Shown one piece after another: positions 13,694 through 25,646 of a DNA stretch of 64,000 nt. The notes beneath the pieces were generated by a model. It searched no databases. It was not told the origin of the DNA and saw nothing but the letters and a program-made list of their open reading frames with translations. The stretch is from Harriotta raleighana (Eukaryota). Numbering within the stretch: the first letter of the stretch is position 1; every line of letters starts with the position of its first letter. Both the position numbers and the translations under genes were made by a program. The stretch is taken from positions 466,842 through 530,841 of the forward strand of contig JBNZDD010013567.1 of assembly GCA_050575255.1 (NCBI GenBank). Direction: 5' to 3'.

Positions 13694-14754
13694 CTGTGCT
13701 CGTGTTTGCAAAACGTCAATGATATACTGATGAGCAGCATACCATTGCATAATTCTGTGACAGAAAGTCAATGTTATTACTATCAAGGCTGTTAATATAC
13801 TCCACACAAAATGCCTAAAGAAATTGAAAATATCAACTTTTACCTAAATTGATTAGATTGGAGTAGACAGACTATTTACTTGTATGTAATAGGTTCTTTG
13901 AAGTGATTCTAATCTAGATTCCATGCTCCTTTCATAACTGTCTGATTTGTGTCTAGTATGTTGAAATAGATCTTTTTTTCTCAAATAACTCAAATCTGTA
14001 TTGCTGTTGTCTGTGGAAAAGGGAGCTGAAGACTGAGCATTCAGTGTATGCCCTGATTTTGTTTTTATTTCAGTTTTAATATAATCTTTTATTGAATCGG
14101 TTCACATGAGCGGTCACATCTTGACTTGCAAGGCCACTAAAACTGGAACATTTGTGGCCTGTTTTGAGGCCAGAAATAATTAAGTTGCACAAAGTTTGTA
14201 CTGTACAACTCGGGACAAATGTAGCCCTTGGCACTTGCTACCAATGAGTTTCCTTATTTGGGTACATGCTCCCTCCGTGGCACGTTGGCCCCTGGTACTT
14301 TTTAATCAGCAGCACTTTCTGTGTTTAATATGTAAAGACTCATTTGGAGCAGGCTTTAGCCCATTAAAATCTATGTTCCTTTTCTGTTGCTCTCACCTCT
14401 GAAAGGATCTAGGCAGAAAGGGGTTACTTCCTGGAATCCTCAAGGTAAAGGAGAACGGTCACAGAATCTTTCTGCAGAGGATGAAGCATGTTCATTGGAA
14501 AGCCTGATGGGATTGTATTTGGGATTTGGACGCAATTACCTCAACATATGAATTGCTGTTGTCCGTTGTAGTAATTCTTGTGTTCTTAAAACCCACCAAA
14601 GCATTGGGCAAATAACAATGTGAAATGGAAAAATGCATAATCAAGCTTTATATCATCCTATACCCATATAATAACTATTTATATAATCCCAACCAGTGTA
14701 TTGACAGATAATCCTAAATAGGTAGGAGCAGGTAACACTGTCAAATGGGTGCAT

Positions 14755-14850
14755 AACAACAACTTTCACACAAGGTAGTGTTTCAGAGTGCTTAACCGTG
14801 GCAGAGCCTGACTGTGAGCCAGGGGGATTGGGGGTGAGGGGTTGGGGGTA
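14755..14850 (-). mobile_element. L2 3' end fragment, same family as 7904-8440
   Basis: cagagtgcttaaccgtggcagagcctgactgtgagccaggggg aligns with cagagcacttaacagaggcagagcctgactccgagcctggggg at ~7953-7995. Confidence 0.65.
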
Positions 14851-14931
14851 AGAGTTAGTAATAACCCAGTAATGTGGCCACTTTGAGAGTCATGGACAAT
14901 AAAAAGAAGGCAAAACAAAATGGTGGCAATC

Positions 14932-14998
14932 CAACAGCAACAACAAAATTACATTTAGAGAGCACCTTTCAAGTTGGGAGGACGTCCCAAGGTGTTGG
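14932..14998 (-). mobile_element. L2 LINE 3' tail
   Basis: caacagcaacaacaaaattacatttagagagcacctttcaagttgggaggacgtcccaagg. Confidence 0.75.
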
Positions 14999-15342
14999 AA
15001 TCCAGTCAGCATCTGGAAAAGAGAGACATGTTTCAAGCATGGCCCTTCATCAGAACATTGACATAACTAATGGTGTCAGATGGGAAAGTAGCCTGGTCAA
15101 ATATCAACTAGTTGTCCTCTGGTCAAATGAGCAGATGTAGATAAACCTGTCAAATGGAATGATAACTTATTTGAATTGGAGGGCATGGGTAGTCCATCAG
15201 AGGGAAGTTGCAACAAATCCTGTTAAACAACCAAAATGTTGATCTCTCAAGTGTACAGTCTGATAACTTGCAAGACCTGCTTTTGTGCCTCCTGGCATGT
15301 TATTGGTGAATTATTTTGCCTTTTCCCCCATCTGGATGCTGA

Positions 15343-15627
15343 TGATAATAATAATCCTTGCATTTGTTATGTTAGCAGGAGGATGTCCCGGATATTGCTG
15401 TAAAGTGGAGTGATTATATGTTTTGTGGTTGAACATAGAAATCAATTTGCACACAGCAATGTCCCATAAACAATCATGAAGTGAATGACCAATTTTATTT
15501 GAGGAATTGTTGACCAAGACAACTGAGGAATCTCCCTTATCTTTTTGAATCATACCCTGAGATCTTTAACATTCACCTGAACAGGCAGACAGGACTTTGG
15601 TTTAACATCTCATCCGAAGGATGCACC
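15343..15627 (-). mobile_element. older SacSINE1/AmnSINE1-like DeuSINE fragment
   Basis: Reverse complement contains ccttcggatgagatgttaaaccaaagtcctgtctgcctgttcaggtgaatgttaaagatctc followed by the Deu core attgctgtgtgcaaattg. This resembles the AmnSINE1/SacSINE1 body as recalled. Confidence 0.7.
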
Positions 15628-17917
15628 ATCATAAGAATAACCTATTTGGTAGTTAGCTGGATTGTATTTCCAGGCTTTTCTCAGTGGAATATTATGCTTT
15701 TTAACTTTTTAACTAACACAATATTATCAGCAACACCAATAGAAGGAGTAAGAGGGTTCAAATAACATATCATATTGCGCTGATGCATATCATATTGCCC
15801 TGATATTGACTCGAAGACCTGTCTGAAGGTGAGAAAGCAACAGGGCTAAGGGAGCACTGTTTTTTATTTGCTTGTCACCCTGTTGTTTTGGTGTAAGAAG
15901 TCACCCTTCAGTTTTTCTTGAGGTCTTGAATCGTGGTCAGTTGGATATTGCACTCAGGTGCCCTCACAATTTACTGCACTAAATCGCTCGTACTGTTCTG
16001 TTGGCAGCTCGCCAGTTTAAGTGCCTTGCGAAAACAAAATATTTTTTTAAATTTGGTAGAATATAGTTTGTGTGTTCTCCTAAAATGTAATAAGCTGAAG
16101 CCTAATGGTGACTTTGAAAAGCTGTTTCATGGAATTTAGGAAAAATGAATGGTGTTCTGTACTACACTGATTACATTTTCCCTTTTGATTCTCACTTTTT
16201 CACACATAACCAGCACACAGAGCTGTCTGTCTGAGCTTCCAAACCCTAGAGGAAGTCCTGTGGTAACATGATATATGAAACAGCACAGTGATTCTTTTCA
16301 AGGAGTTGGTAGGCAATGGTTAATGTTATGAATGCAAAATTCATCTTTTTTGTACAGTGGCTGCCAGGAGCTTATGGCAGTGTGACAAAAAATTACAGGT
16401 ATGGAAGTGACTTGAAATGCTGCAGATTAAAGAACAGTGTCTTTTTTGTTGCCACGTACAGACAGTCTTTTCAAAATTGTGAAAAACAAACTCTGTATAT
16501 ATCTCATCGGTGATCTGCCCTTTTTCTTCATGATTCTCCGCATTGAAACGTAACATTCCTTGAGATATAGTTGTGCCCATTTACTGTCAACGGAATGTGT
16601 TTAGTTTTCCAGATTTCCTGGTGTCTTCTGCACAGAGCTTCCTTTGCTCATGATAGTCTCCTCACAATATTCCACATGACCAATGCGAATCAGGCTTCAA
16701 TCTCCACCATAATACAACAAACAACTTTCACGGCACTTTACTCTGAGGCATTTTCCATGCAGTGTTAGAACTGTAGTATTCAAAAGATCCGCGTCTTGGG
16801 TTCAGATCCATCTCATCACACCAAAATTAGTCGGATTCCCGTGTTTGTTGTTATAATAATCTGTACATGCAAACAAAGCCTAGGATGAAGCGTTTTAATG
16901 GTTTAAAAAAACAAAACAAAATAAACCCATAAAAGGCCAAGAAATAAGATGCTATCTCAAATAATCAACTACCCCACATCTGTCTAGGAGGCCAGTAAAC
17001 TTTCGGATGACATTGAGGAAAGTTTAACTTTCTGAAAAATAACACCGAGAACATTTGTAAGGAAATTAGAAAATTGAAACAGTAATAAATACACCAAAGT
17101 TATGCACAATAACCCAAGTGTTAAGAGTTTTAATGTTGGACAGAGTTCAAGCACCTTGACAGAGCTTCCTTCAATTCCCGTTCCAACAATTTAAAGCTGA
17201 AACCCTACAGTATGTAGAGAATTCCAAAGTCAATTTTAATTGCGCAATAATGATGCATAATTTTTACGCCCTTTTTATAATCAGTATCTTCTTACAGTGT
17301 TTCTCCAAATGCCCATATTAGAATGACTGAGCACAGAGACCGTTATTTCCTTTCAATATTTAGTCAATTATTATTTCAAATAATATACTTTATTTTAATT
17401 GAAATGTCTGACAACATCTAATGTTGTTCCAAAAGAAGCGTTGAATCCCGGAATCATTGAATACATTCAAATAGAATGAGCTAAAATAAGCCTGCAGCTT
17501 TTCCTTTGTGGGAAAAAAAGACTCTTTATATTTCCAGCATAAACCAGTCCACCAGATAGTTCAGTTGATGCTTCTGTACTACTGTATTTTCCTAAGTTGC
17601 TCATAAAATTTACTTGCTTCTTTCTCTCCATATGCCCTCAAGTTTCAATTTTTCTATATGTGTAGAAAATATATTGGACAAACTATTATTCTTTGATCAT
17701 ACAATATTCTGGAGCATTCCATTTCAGCAGCATACACTACCATTTGCCACTTTCCTTCTTAGTAGTTTTTCAGAGTTCAGAGTGCTCCCCATTCCCTCAA
17801 CAGTGTGCATTTTATTCAACATAGCAATATTAGTTTCAATATTGAATGCTTTGAATATTAGGTTTCAGAGAATACCAGCAATCTTCACTAAATCTTCACC
17901 AAAAATAAGCTGAAAAT

Positions 17918-17991
17918 GTCACACCCGGGAATCGAACCCAGGTCCTCTTGTTTGCAAGGTGAGCAACCCAACCACTACGCTGTGAAAATCC
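17918..17991 (-). pseudogene. isolated tRNA-like SINE head / tRNA pseudogene (TGC loop)
   Basis: Reverse complement: ggattttcacagcgtagtggttgggttgctcaccttgcaaacaagaggacctgggttcgattcccgggtgtg. A and B boxes are present, stems are broken, and no SINE body follows. Confidence 0.6.
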
Positions 17992-18619
17992 ATGGGTTCA
18001 CATATAGGGTGGTTTCTATAATTAAGAGCGTTCTGTTTATACTACAATTGGTATATTTTCCAGGGGGGAAAAATAAAATGTAAGCACTTTTTGTGAAATT
18101 TTATTTGTGGAGTAAAACAATGTTTTATTTGTTCTTGTATTTGAATAGTGGCATTGGAGTCTCTCTTTATGCCCATAGCAATCTTTATACTGTAATATCT
18201 TTGGTTGTGCAGCGTAGAGATAAGGTAATTCTAAGTGATATCCTCTGTGGTCCATGGTTCATTTTACTGGTAATTGTGGACTCGCTCCCTGGTGGAATTG
18301 TTTTCAATGCGGTAGCAAGAGCGAAAGAATGTTTGGTGCCAGCAGTTGTTACTGTAATTACACAGGGGCTGTTCATAATGAGTTCATGGAATGGTGAGTG
18401 AGCACATATCAATGCAACTAGTGTACTTCACACTTCACGGAGATATTGTTTGGATGTAATAGACGGTGAATTTAAGGCTTCTAAGAAATTAATATTCTAA
18501 AATCTGAACTATGTGCCTTACATTTGAGATTGAAGTCACTGGGAAAAGGAGCAAGGAATTTAGTGCATGCAATGTAACCATCTGTATTACTAATTGTGTT
18601 TAATGCCTTGATTGATGGT

Positions 18620-18930
18620 TGCTGTGAAGAGAAAAACCAATTTACGCCAAACAAAGGAATACTCTAAATGTTCAAATTGTTTTTGCACAAAGCTGCGTAA
18701 AGGCTCCACTGAAAGTGATACGGCTTCCCATGAGTAACCATGGTGATGGACGTTGAAAGGAGCTGGAAGAAGGAGCAACCTAAAATATTGGAAGATCATG
18801 ACTGGCAAATGGCCCAGTCCACTTTTGTTTTGAGACATAATCTTGTGAAAGTAAAGGTAATGAGGGTGGAATTGGGTCGGACATGTAGTGCTTGCTAATT
18901 CCAACGCTGGAAGCCTGAGGCCTGAGAAAA
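18620..18930 (+). mobile_element. highly decayed RTE-like LINE ORF C-terminal relic
   Basis: Frameshifted peptides CTKLR, WTLKGAGRR and GWNWVGHV occur in the order of RTE-type TKL..YG.E.WTL..RW.GHV. Confidence 0.4.
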
Positions 18931-19025
18931 TGGATTACTGCAATCCTTGGATTCAAGAGGTATTCTTTACACATTATATTTGGATAGTGATGTTCCTACT
19001 TGTTCTATCAACCATTTTAACTGTA

Positions 19026-19243
19026 TAATAATAATAATAATAGTCCTTGAATTTGATCTAGCTCCTTATCATGTCATTGAGATGTTTCAAAAGACTTCAC
19101 AGAATATACAGTATTGTAAAGTGAATTGCCTGCTTATTTTGTAGGCAAAAACACAGCAACCAATCGCGCACAAAGGTGTCCCACAAATGGTCATGGATTG
19201 AGTGACCAGATAATCATAATTTATTTCTTTTTGGAGGGATTAT
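19026..19243 (-). mobile_element. Deu-SINE 3' two-thirds
   Basis: (AAT)n, reversed tail and Deu core cagcaaccaatcgcgcacaaaggtgtcccacaaa. Confidence 0.85.
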
Positions 19244-20379
19244 TTATTTTCGAAGGGGTTATTACAGTTTTTGAAATGTATGAATGGAAAGAAAGGAGCT
19301 GTAAATGACTGAAAAAAGTATTGGTGTTTCTGTTAACAGAAATAAAGAATTGTAAACTGATCAGATGGTTGCCTCACCATCACTATATTAATGGCTGTAC
19401 CTTATGGGGACATCTTCTAGTTGAATCCATCTGAGATGGATTGAATAGCAGCCTCTAATACCAGAGGCATGACATAATGTGTATCACTGAGCTCTAAAGT
19501 AATATATAAGAAGATTTAAGTATTCTATGCTTCCAGCTTCTAGTTGTGAATGCTGCTCCTGTGGTCACTTATGCATGCAAATAAAAAGACCAAAGGCATG
19601 TGGATTTATTGCATATTGGGTATTCACGTGCCATGTGCATAAGAAATGGAATAGCTGGGGATAATATATGTTTTTTTTATATATATGTCGACAAATCCTC
19701 TAAGTTGCTGCCTACTTTCCATAAAATAATATCCTTGGAGATTGTTTCCAGTCAATAGGCTTGAATTAATTTAAATTAGATCCAGCTGTTGTATCTGTAG
19801 TCAGTCCAAAGAGAAGTATGCCTGCTTCTTCTGAGAGATAAGCTTTTTTTTTTGGTCAGCCAAATATCTTGACCCATACTGAAACTGTGCTTAAGTGTAT
19901 CCAAACCAAACTGAGAGTTCCATGCATCCCACCGACATGTGGGGAAACCCCAAGATATTTATAAAAGTGGAATGTGCACTCTCTCCCTGGAGATGCATCC
20001 TGCTTACCTAATTCCGGAGAGTATTAGGCTCAAATTGGCAAGAGCCCAGACTTGGGAACCCAAAAGTATCCATTGGAGTATCGCTCATTCTAACCAGCTA
20101 ATACCGAATAGCTTGCCGTTGAAAGCACTGTCTGACTAGCTTTCCTGTTGCTTGTTTAACTAGGGTTAACAGGAGCAGAATGAGACAAATCCCTGCCCAC
20201 AATGCCTGGTCTGACCTTCCAACTCCTGCTGGATGACAGCCCAGCCTGCCTGGCTCATCTGTGGATCAGAACTACCCTAGAGTACTGTGAACTCACCTGG
20301 CTCAGGAGCCAAACTAACATGATCACCACAGATACTCTTCACCCATTGATGTTTTTTGTGTGTTTGGGATAGAACAGTG

Positions 20380-20675
20380 GGAGTCCTGTAGCTCAGTGGT
20401 TAGAGCACTTACCTTGCAAGTGAGATACCTGGGTTCAATTCCATGCAGGGCGAAACCTTGGACAAGTTTCCTTACTCCAAATGCCTGATAATCCCTCAAG
20501 AAAAGCAATAATAAGATTGGTCATTTCAATCCACGACTGTTTGTGGGTCACTGCTGTGTGCAATTGGTGCCACAAAAAATTCGGTCAATTCACTTTACAG
20601 TATATTCTGTGAAGCACTTTGAGAAGTTTAGAAGTCATGAAAAGTGCTATATTAAATGTAAGGATTATTATTATT
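20380..20675 (+). mobile_element. tRNA-derived Deu-domain SINE, full length
   Basis: ggagtcctgtagctcagtggttagagcac...cttgcaa...gggttcaattcc (A/B boxes), Deu core gactgtttgtgggtcactgctgtgtgcaattgg, tail aaggattattattatt. Confidence 0.92.
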
Positions 20676-21829
20676 AATAACGATAATTCAATGTCCCGTG
20701 AATTAAACCCTGGTGTCTACAGAAATGACAGAAAATTACTGCATTGAGTGCTGACAGACTGACTAGAGTTCACTTGCAACTTAACACCATATGTGCTTCA
20801 GTAAACCTGGATAACAAATCCATCTGTGTTTGAATTGTATATGCAGACCAGTGAATGATATGGCTTGGGAGAATTACATGCCTGGGAGGAATGGGCTTCT
20901 GAGATGCTGTGCTGCCTTGTTGGAGTTGGTAGTGGTGAGGAGCAGTTGATTGAGCTTCAATTTCCTCAGTCCATCGCGCTCTGAAATACTTAATCTTGTG
21001 GATGCCTGAAGACTTGTCCACTTCTGTGTTTTACGGAGGTTAAATTCCAACATAGAACAGTCTAATCTCTTTCTCCAATAGTCTGCATGGTTTAAACTGA
21101 TTGCCAAACTGGTCACTCATAATCATGCAGATACAAGCTTATGCGTCAAACTTTTTTAAATATAATGACCTGCAGTTTGTAAATGCAGACATTCAGTTCA
21201 GCACTATGTCTCTTTTTCTGAGAAAGTGTGTCCTTACTGTTTAGAAATCTATATCCATCTTTTCTAGGAAGTCTACTCCCCTAAGTGCAGAGGCAGCTTG
21301 CTTGTGTTACAGTGCTGTGAAAACGAGGGCCTGTGTGTGTATGTGCAACATGTTGTTTTTAAACACATACAGGTGTGAGAACAGAAATTCATTTCATAAA
21401 AGTTGACTCTTAATACTGTCCAGTAAAGTTAGCCCCACACATATGTTACTGAACCATATTTCTATCCATATGTTGGCCGTCTATTGAGAGACACATGCAG
21501 CCAGTAAATGATAGCTCCATTTGTGGGGCCGGGATATTCAAACCAATGGACTTGTGTCTCAACACCAGATGTTGTTCGAATTAGTCTCATCTGTCCTTTC
21601 TCCCCCAAATCATTCTTGAACCACCAACATGATGGAGTCTCCCACAGCAATTAAAATAAATAATATAGGAGTTTGTTATAGATTTTTTAAATGCTCATTT
21701 GTGCCCCTGTAATGCTGTATAGGCACCATTTAGATAAATTAACAATTAATCTTTTTTTCTTTGTTTGTATGCCTGAATCCAGATGAAGGAGGAATGTTGG
21801 TCAGGTTTCACTGCTCCTCATTTGAAATA

Positions 21830-22270
21830 ATCCTGTGGAATTGTAATGTTGTACTGAGCTACAATTATAGGCAGATGGGACTTGGTTTATGATCTTAAGT
21901 GAAAGAATATATGACCGGCAATACAAAATTCCCTCAGCACCGCATAGGTGCGTTAGCCTCAACGATGAGCTCAACAGCTCCCCTGGAAATGGTAGAAAGG
22001 ACCTCATGACTACTCTTAACGGACTTGAGATTTGGCTTCAGAAAGGCCCAAATTTGGATCAACATGGAATATCCAAACTGAAGGCCATACCAATGCTCGA
22101 CCACCAAGGCAACAGATATTTTCCAACCACTGAACAAGGAATGTGGGCACAGAATCCACCACCAGACCACCAAGGATTGCACGTGTTCTATATATTACTC
22201 ATGCCATGGGCTTGACTTCAAGGACGCCTGAAACAAAATAGGAGGAAACTAATGGAAATATGGAAATATC
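21830..22270 (+). mobile_element. highly decayed RTE-like LINE ORF C-terminal relic
   Basis: Peptides RIYDRQYK..HRC, LEMVER, LEIWLQK/AQIW and LDH..QIFS..EQG resemble RTE TLYRRHIK..H.RCLR..EVLERA..IE..L.K.QLRW.GH..PDHRLPKQIF..L..G. This explains ORF 21889..22215. Confidence 0.4.
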
Positions 22271-23429
22271 CGAGACAAACATTTTGATTCTGTGTGGATT
22301 GGCACTTTAACATAGGACAGCCCAAAAGATGTTGTGAGTATAGAGATTTTAATTGAATCTATTCTGTGAGTCACCATATTTTTCACCCATACAAGACCAT
22401 CCTATCTAGGATCTGGAATAAGATGGATGCATTTATTTATAAATAAATAGGCCAGTTATTTTCACTTTGCATTGCACAATTAACTTGGGTGTTTAGTTCT
22501 AGTTATCAGGGATGTTGAGTGTTCTGGACATGGCCAGATAGCCCCAGTATTAAGCTATATCATTTAATCTTTATACTGTAGTAGCTTATTGTGTTTGGAA
22601 GATTCAAAGCTCTTTACAGTAATTACAGCTAAATATATGGATTGTTTTTACAGTTCTTTGCTCCTGCTATGAGATTATTGTCCAAATAATCTGGAGGCGA
22701 GGTTAGGATGATATAATTTAAAAGATTTAAATACCATCTATAATGTTTTGATGTTCTGCCCGAAACATTTTGTCTAGTCAGCTACTTTCCAAATGTCAAC
22801 CCCACCCTAAGACCACCAAAAAACAAAAGTTGCTGAAAACTTTAACTGTGACGAACGCAGAGTAAATTATCAGGCAGCAAATCCATGTGGTCCTTCCCAC
22901 TAATGAATACATGACAACTTGCAATTACTAATGTCATCATCTGTGGTTGGTAAATCGAGCCCAAAAGAAGTCGTAACAATTGTAGGTTTCCGGTTGAACT
23001 GAAGTTAGCTGTAAGGAATTGAATGATGGTATGCTACATGTTTACCTAGGAAACAGTAGGTTAGTACCAATAGGTGGAAATTGTTTGAAATCATTATTTT
23101 GGACCAAAACTGCATCGGGAATCGTATACTCCCTTCTCTGTGCTGGTACTGCAGTGCTCCACTGGTCTGCTGTCACTATTCAGTGTTATCTATAAATCTT
23201 TAGAAGTGTAGTCTCAACAATTTAAAACAGAGTCTACTTACTGCGCCACTCATTCCTGTACTTACAACTCTACTGACACCTTTACGTACTACTGTACTTA
23301 CCCCTCTACTTACAACTCTTGAGGAAAAGGCTTGAAATCCCAAACAACAGATATTTTAATTTTATTTTCCCGCTAAGGAGCAGCAAAGTGCCAGGCAAAA
23401 ATCCCAGATACGATTGATCATTAAATTCG

Positions 23430-23595
23430 GGTCTGTTTCTGTAATATTACTGTGTGGAAATTAGCTGCCACATTCAATTATAAAATACATAGTCACTACC
23501 CTATACAGTGAATCTTGTGACCTGCCTAGTGACATGCTCCCAATAAGAAAGGCTACATATCAAATGCAAGAATTATTATTAATTGTTATTACTAT
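23430..23595 (+). mobile_element. degenerate Deu-SINE 3' half
   Basis: tactgtgtggaaattagctgccac ... aggctacatatcaaatgcaagaattattatt. Confidence 0.6.
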
Positions 23596-25159
23596 TGTAA
23601 AAAGAGTGCCAGCCATTATATACCGTTGCCTGTACCTTACCTCTGGCAAACTTTTCATTTGCGGAAAAAAAAATGTTTTTCTCTGTTCAAGTCACTGAGC
23701 TCACCTCGAATTTTAAGTACAACATTTTACAGGGTTTAGGATAAGTCATGTTTTCATTGTCTAATTTACAAGCTCAGTATGAAAGAACAGTACTTCTTTA
23801 TTGAGCACAAACTGTTTCCAAATCAGAACACGTCAGGAAAGGAAAATATTTGTGTAAAAAAAAATAAAAAAATTTAGACTTAAAATATTCAATTTTTGTA
23901 TTTTTTTTCTCTCGTCTAATGAAAGAAAAATACACTAGTGGGATTTATTCTGGACTTTAAATGAAACACTCCTTCCTAACCAAACTGAATATGGTTTGTC
24001 TTGATGAATAATAACATTATTTATTGGTTTACACTTTCCATTAGAGATGTTTGAAGTGATCTTTTTTCGCACGTCCTCACCCAAACTCACCAACCAGTAG
24101 CTTCCTTTGTTAGAGGAAGCCTCTCTCAATAAAAGATGTGTGTCCTCTCTGGGCTCTCCCAGACTAGCCATTGCATTTAATGACGTATGCTTTCATGGGT
24201 GGTTATAGATACTGTTGGAATGTTTATCTACACATAATTGTGGCTCCTATTTCACTCTCACGAGTCACTGGGAAAGAATGAATGTTTCCTAGAGGAACCC
24301 GAAGGTCTATAACTGCTGTTCTCGTAAAAGTATCAATGTTTCCAGTCAACACATTATTGGTGAAGTCATCCAAACCAATTCCAAATAAACCCCCTCCTGA
24401 ACTTATAGACCACTTCAGAAATATTTAAATACAATGCTTTTTTCAACATCAAAAATGCGCTAGATTTCCATAGGGGAACAGTGAGTAAGTAGGAGAGTGG
24501 AGGAAGGACCTTCAGAACCTTGAAACCTACTGAACTGTTGTGCGTGTATTTTGTATGTGAGAAGAAAATTATTGGGATATAGTTTATGTTTTAAGGGTCC
24601 ATTTTTATCCAGTGATTTAATTTTGATTTGATTTTAAAATATTTAAACATACAGGGATAATCTTTCTCTTTGGGAGTAATGGTTTCACGTTTTGCAAGAC
24701 ATCAACATGTGAGTTTCTTCCTAATTTGATCATGAAAATGATCAGGAGGGCTACGAGCATTGAATAACATAGCTCACTTCAGTGATCCGATGGAGGTCAG
24801 CTCAGGTTAATTTGTTCCTTCACGAGTTCAAGCCAAATTGGACAGATTTGTTTGTGGTCTTTCCTTCCTGAAAAATGTCTACCCACATTAACCATAGGGA
24901 AGTTCAACTCAGCAATCTTTTGTGGCGGGTTTTCGTCCAGTTCTCATTGTCAATTGATAGATTTATGCACGTGCTCATTGCTGTGATTTCACTGGCAAAT
25001 GGGTTTACACTGCTGCAGCGGCCTGTGGGAAAATACAGCATAAATTGATCAGTATGACCTGAAATGGGCATGTGTAGAACTCAGGCAGATCAGGATCATG
25101 TGCCCAGTTTCACTCCTAATCTCCTTGATTACATATTTTCTTTCACTTCCAAGCAATAC

Positions 25160-25441
25160 AAGCTTTACAAGCGAGAGACCTGAGTTTGATTTCAGGTAGG
25201 GAAAAACCTTGGGCAATTTTCCTTACTCCACACGCCTAATAATAATCCCTAGGAAAAAAAACAATAATAGTTTGGTCACTCAATTCACGACTGTTTGTGG
25301 GCATTGTTGTACGCAATTAGCTGATGTGTTGTGCCCATAAATATACAGTCAATTCACTTTACAGTATATTCTATGAAGTACTTTGAGATGTCTAGAAGAT
25401 GTGAAAACTTCTATATCAAATGCAAGGATTATTATTGTTAA
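25160..25441 (+). mobile_element. Deu-SINE, 5'-damaged near full length
   Basis: ttacaagcgagagacctgagtttgatttcagg...ccttgggcaattttccttactccacacgcc, Deu core and (ATT) tail. Confidence 0.88.
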
Positions 25442-25646
25442 TACAAATATTGAATGTCTGCTTATTTTAATGGCTTCAGTGGCTTAGTCTACATCTATAA
25501 TGTAACAGAATCTCCACTCAGAAAATGGCAATCCCGTTGGAGACTACGTTCCAAAACTTACCTTATAAAGGTATTGGATCCAAGAACAGTAACACCTGGC
25601 TTTTCAAAAATTGGCATTGTTACCCTTGTTCAGGTAAACCACATCC

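Noticed and set aside
15766-15804. 20 bp tandem duplication catatcatattgc(g/c)ctgat
   Set aside because: Ordinary slippage-type micro-duplication.
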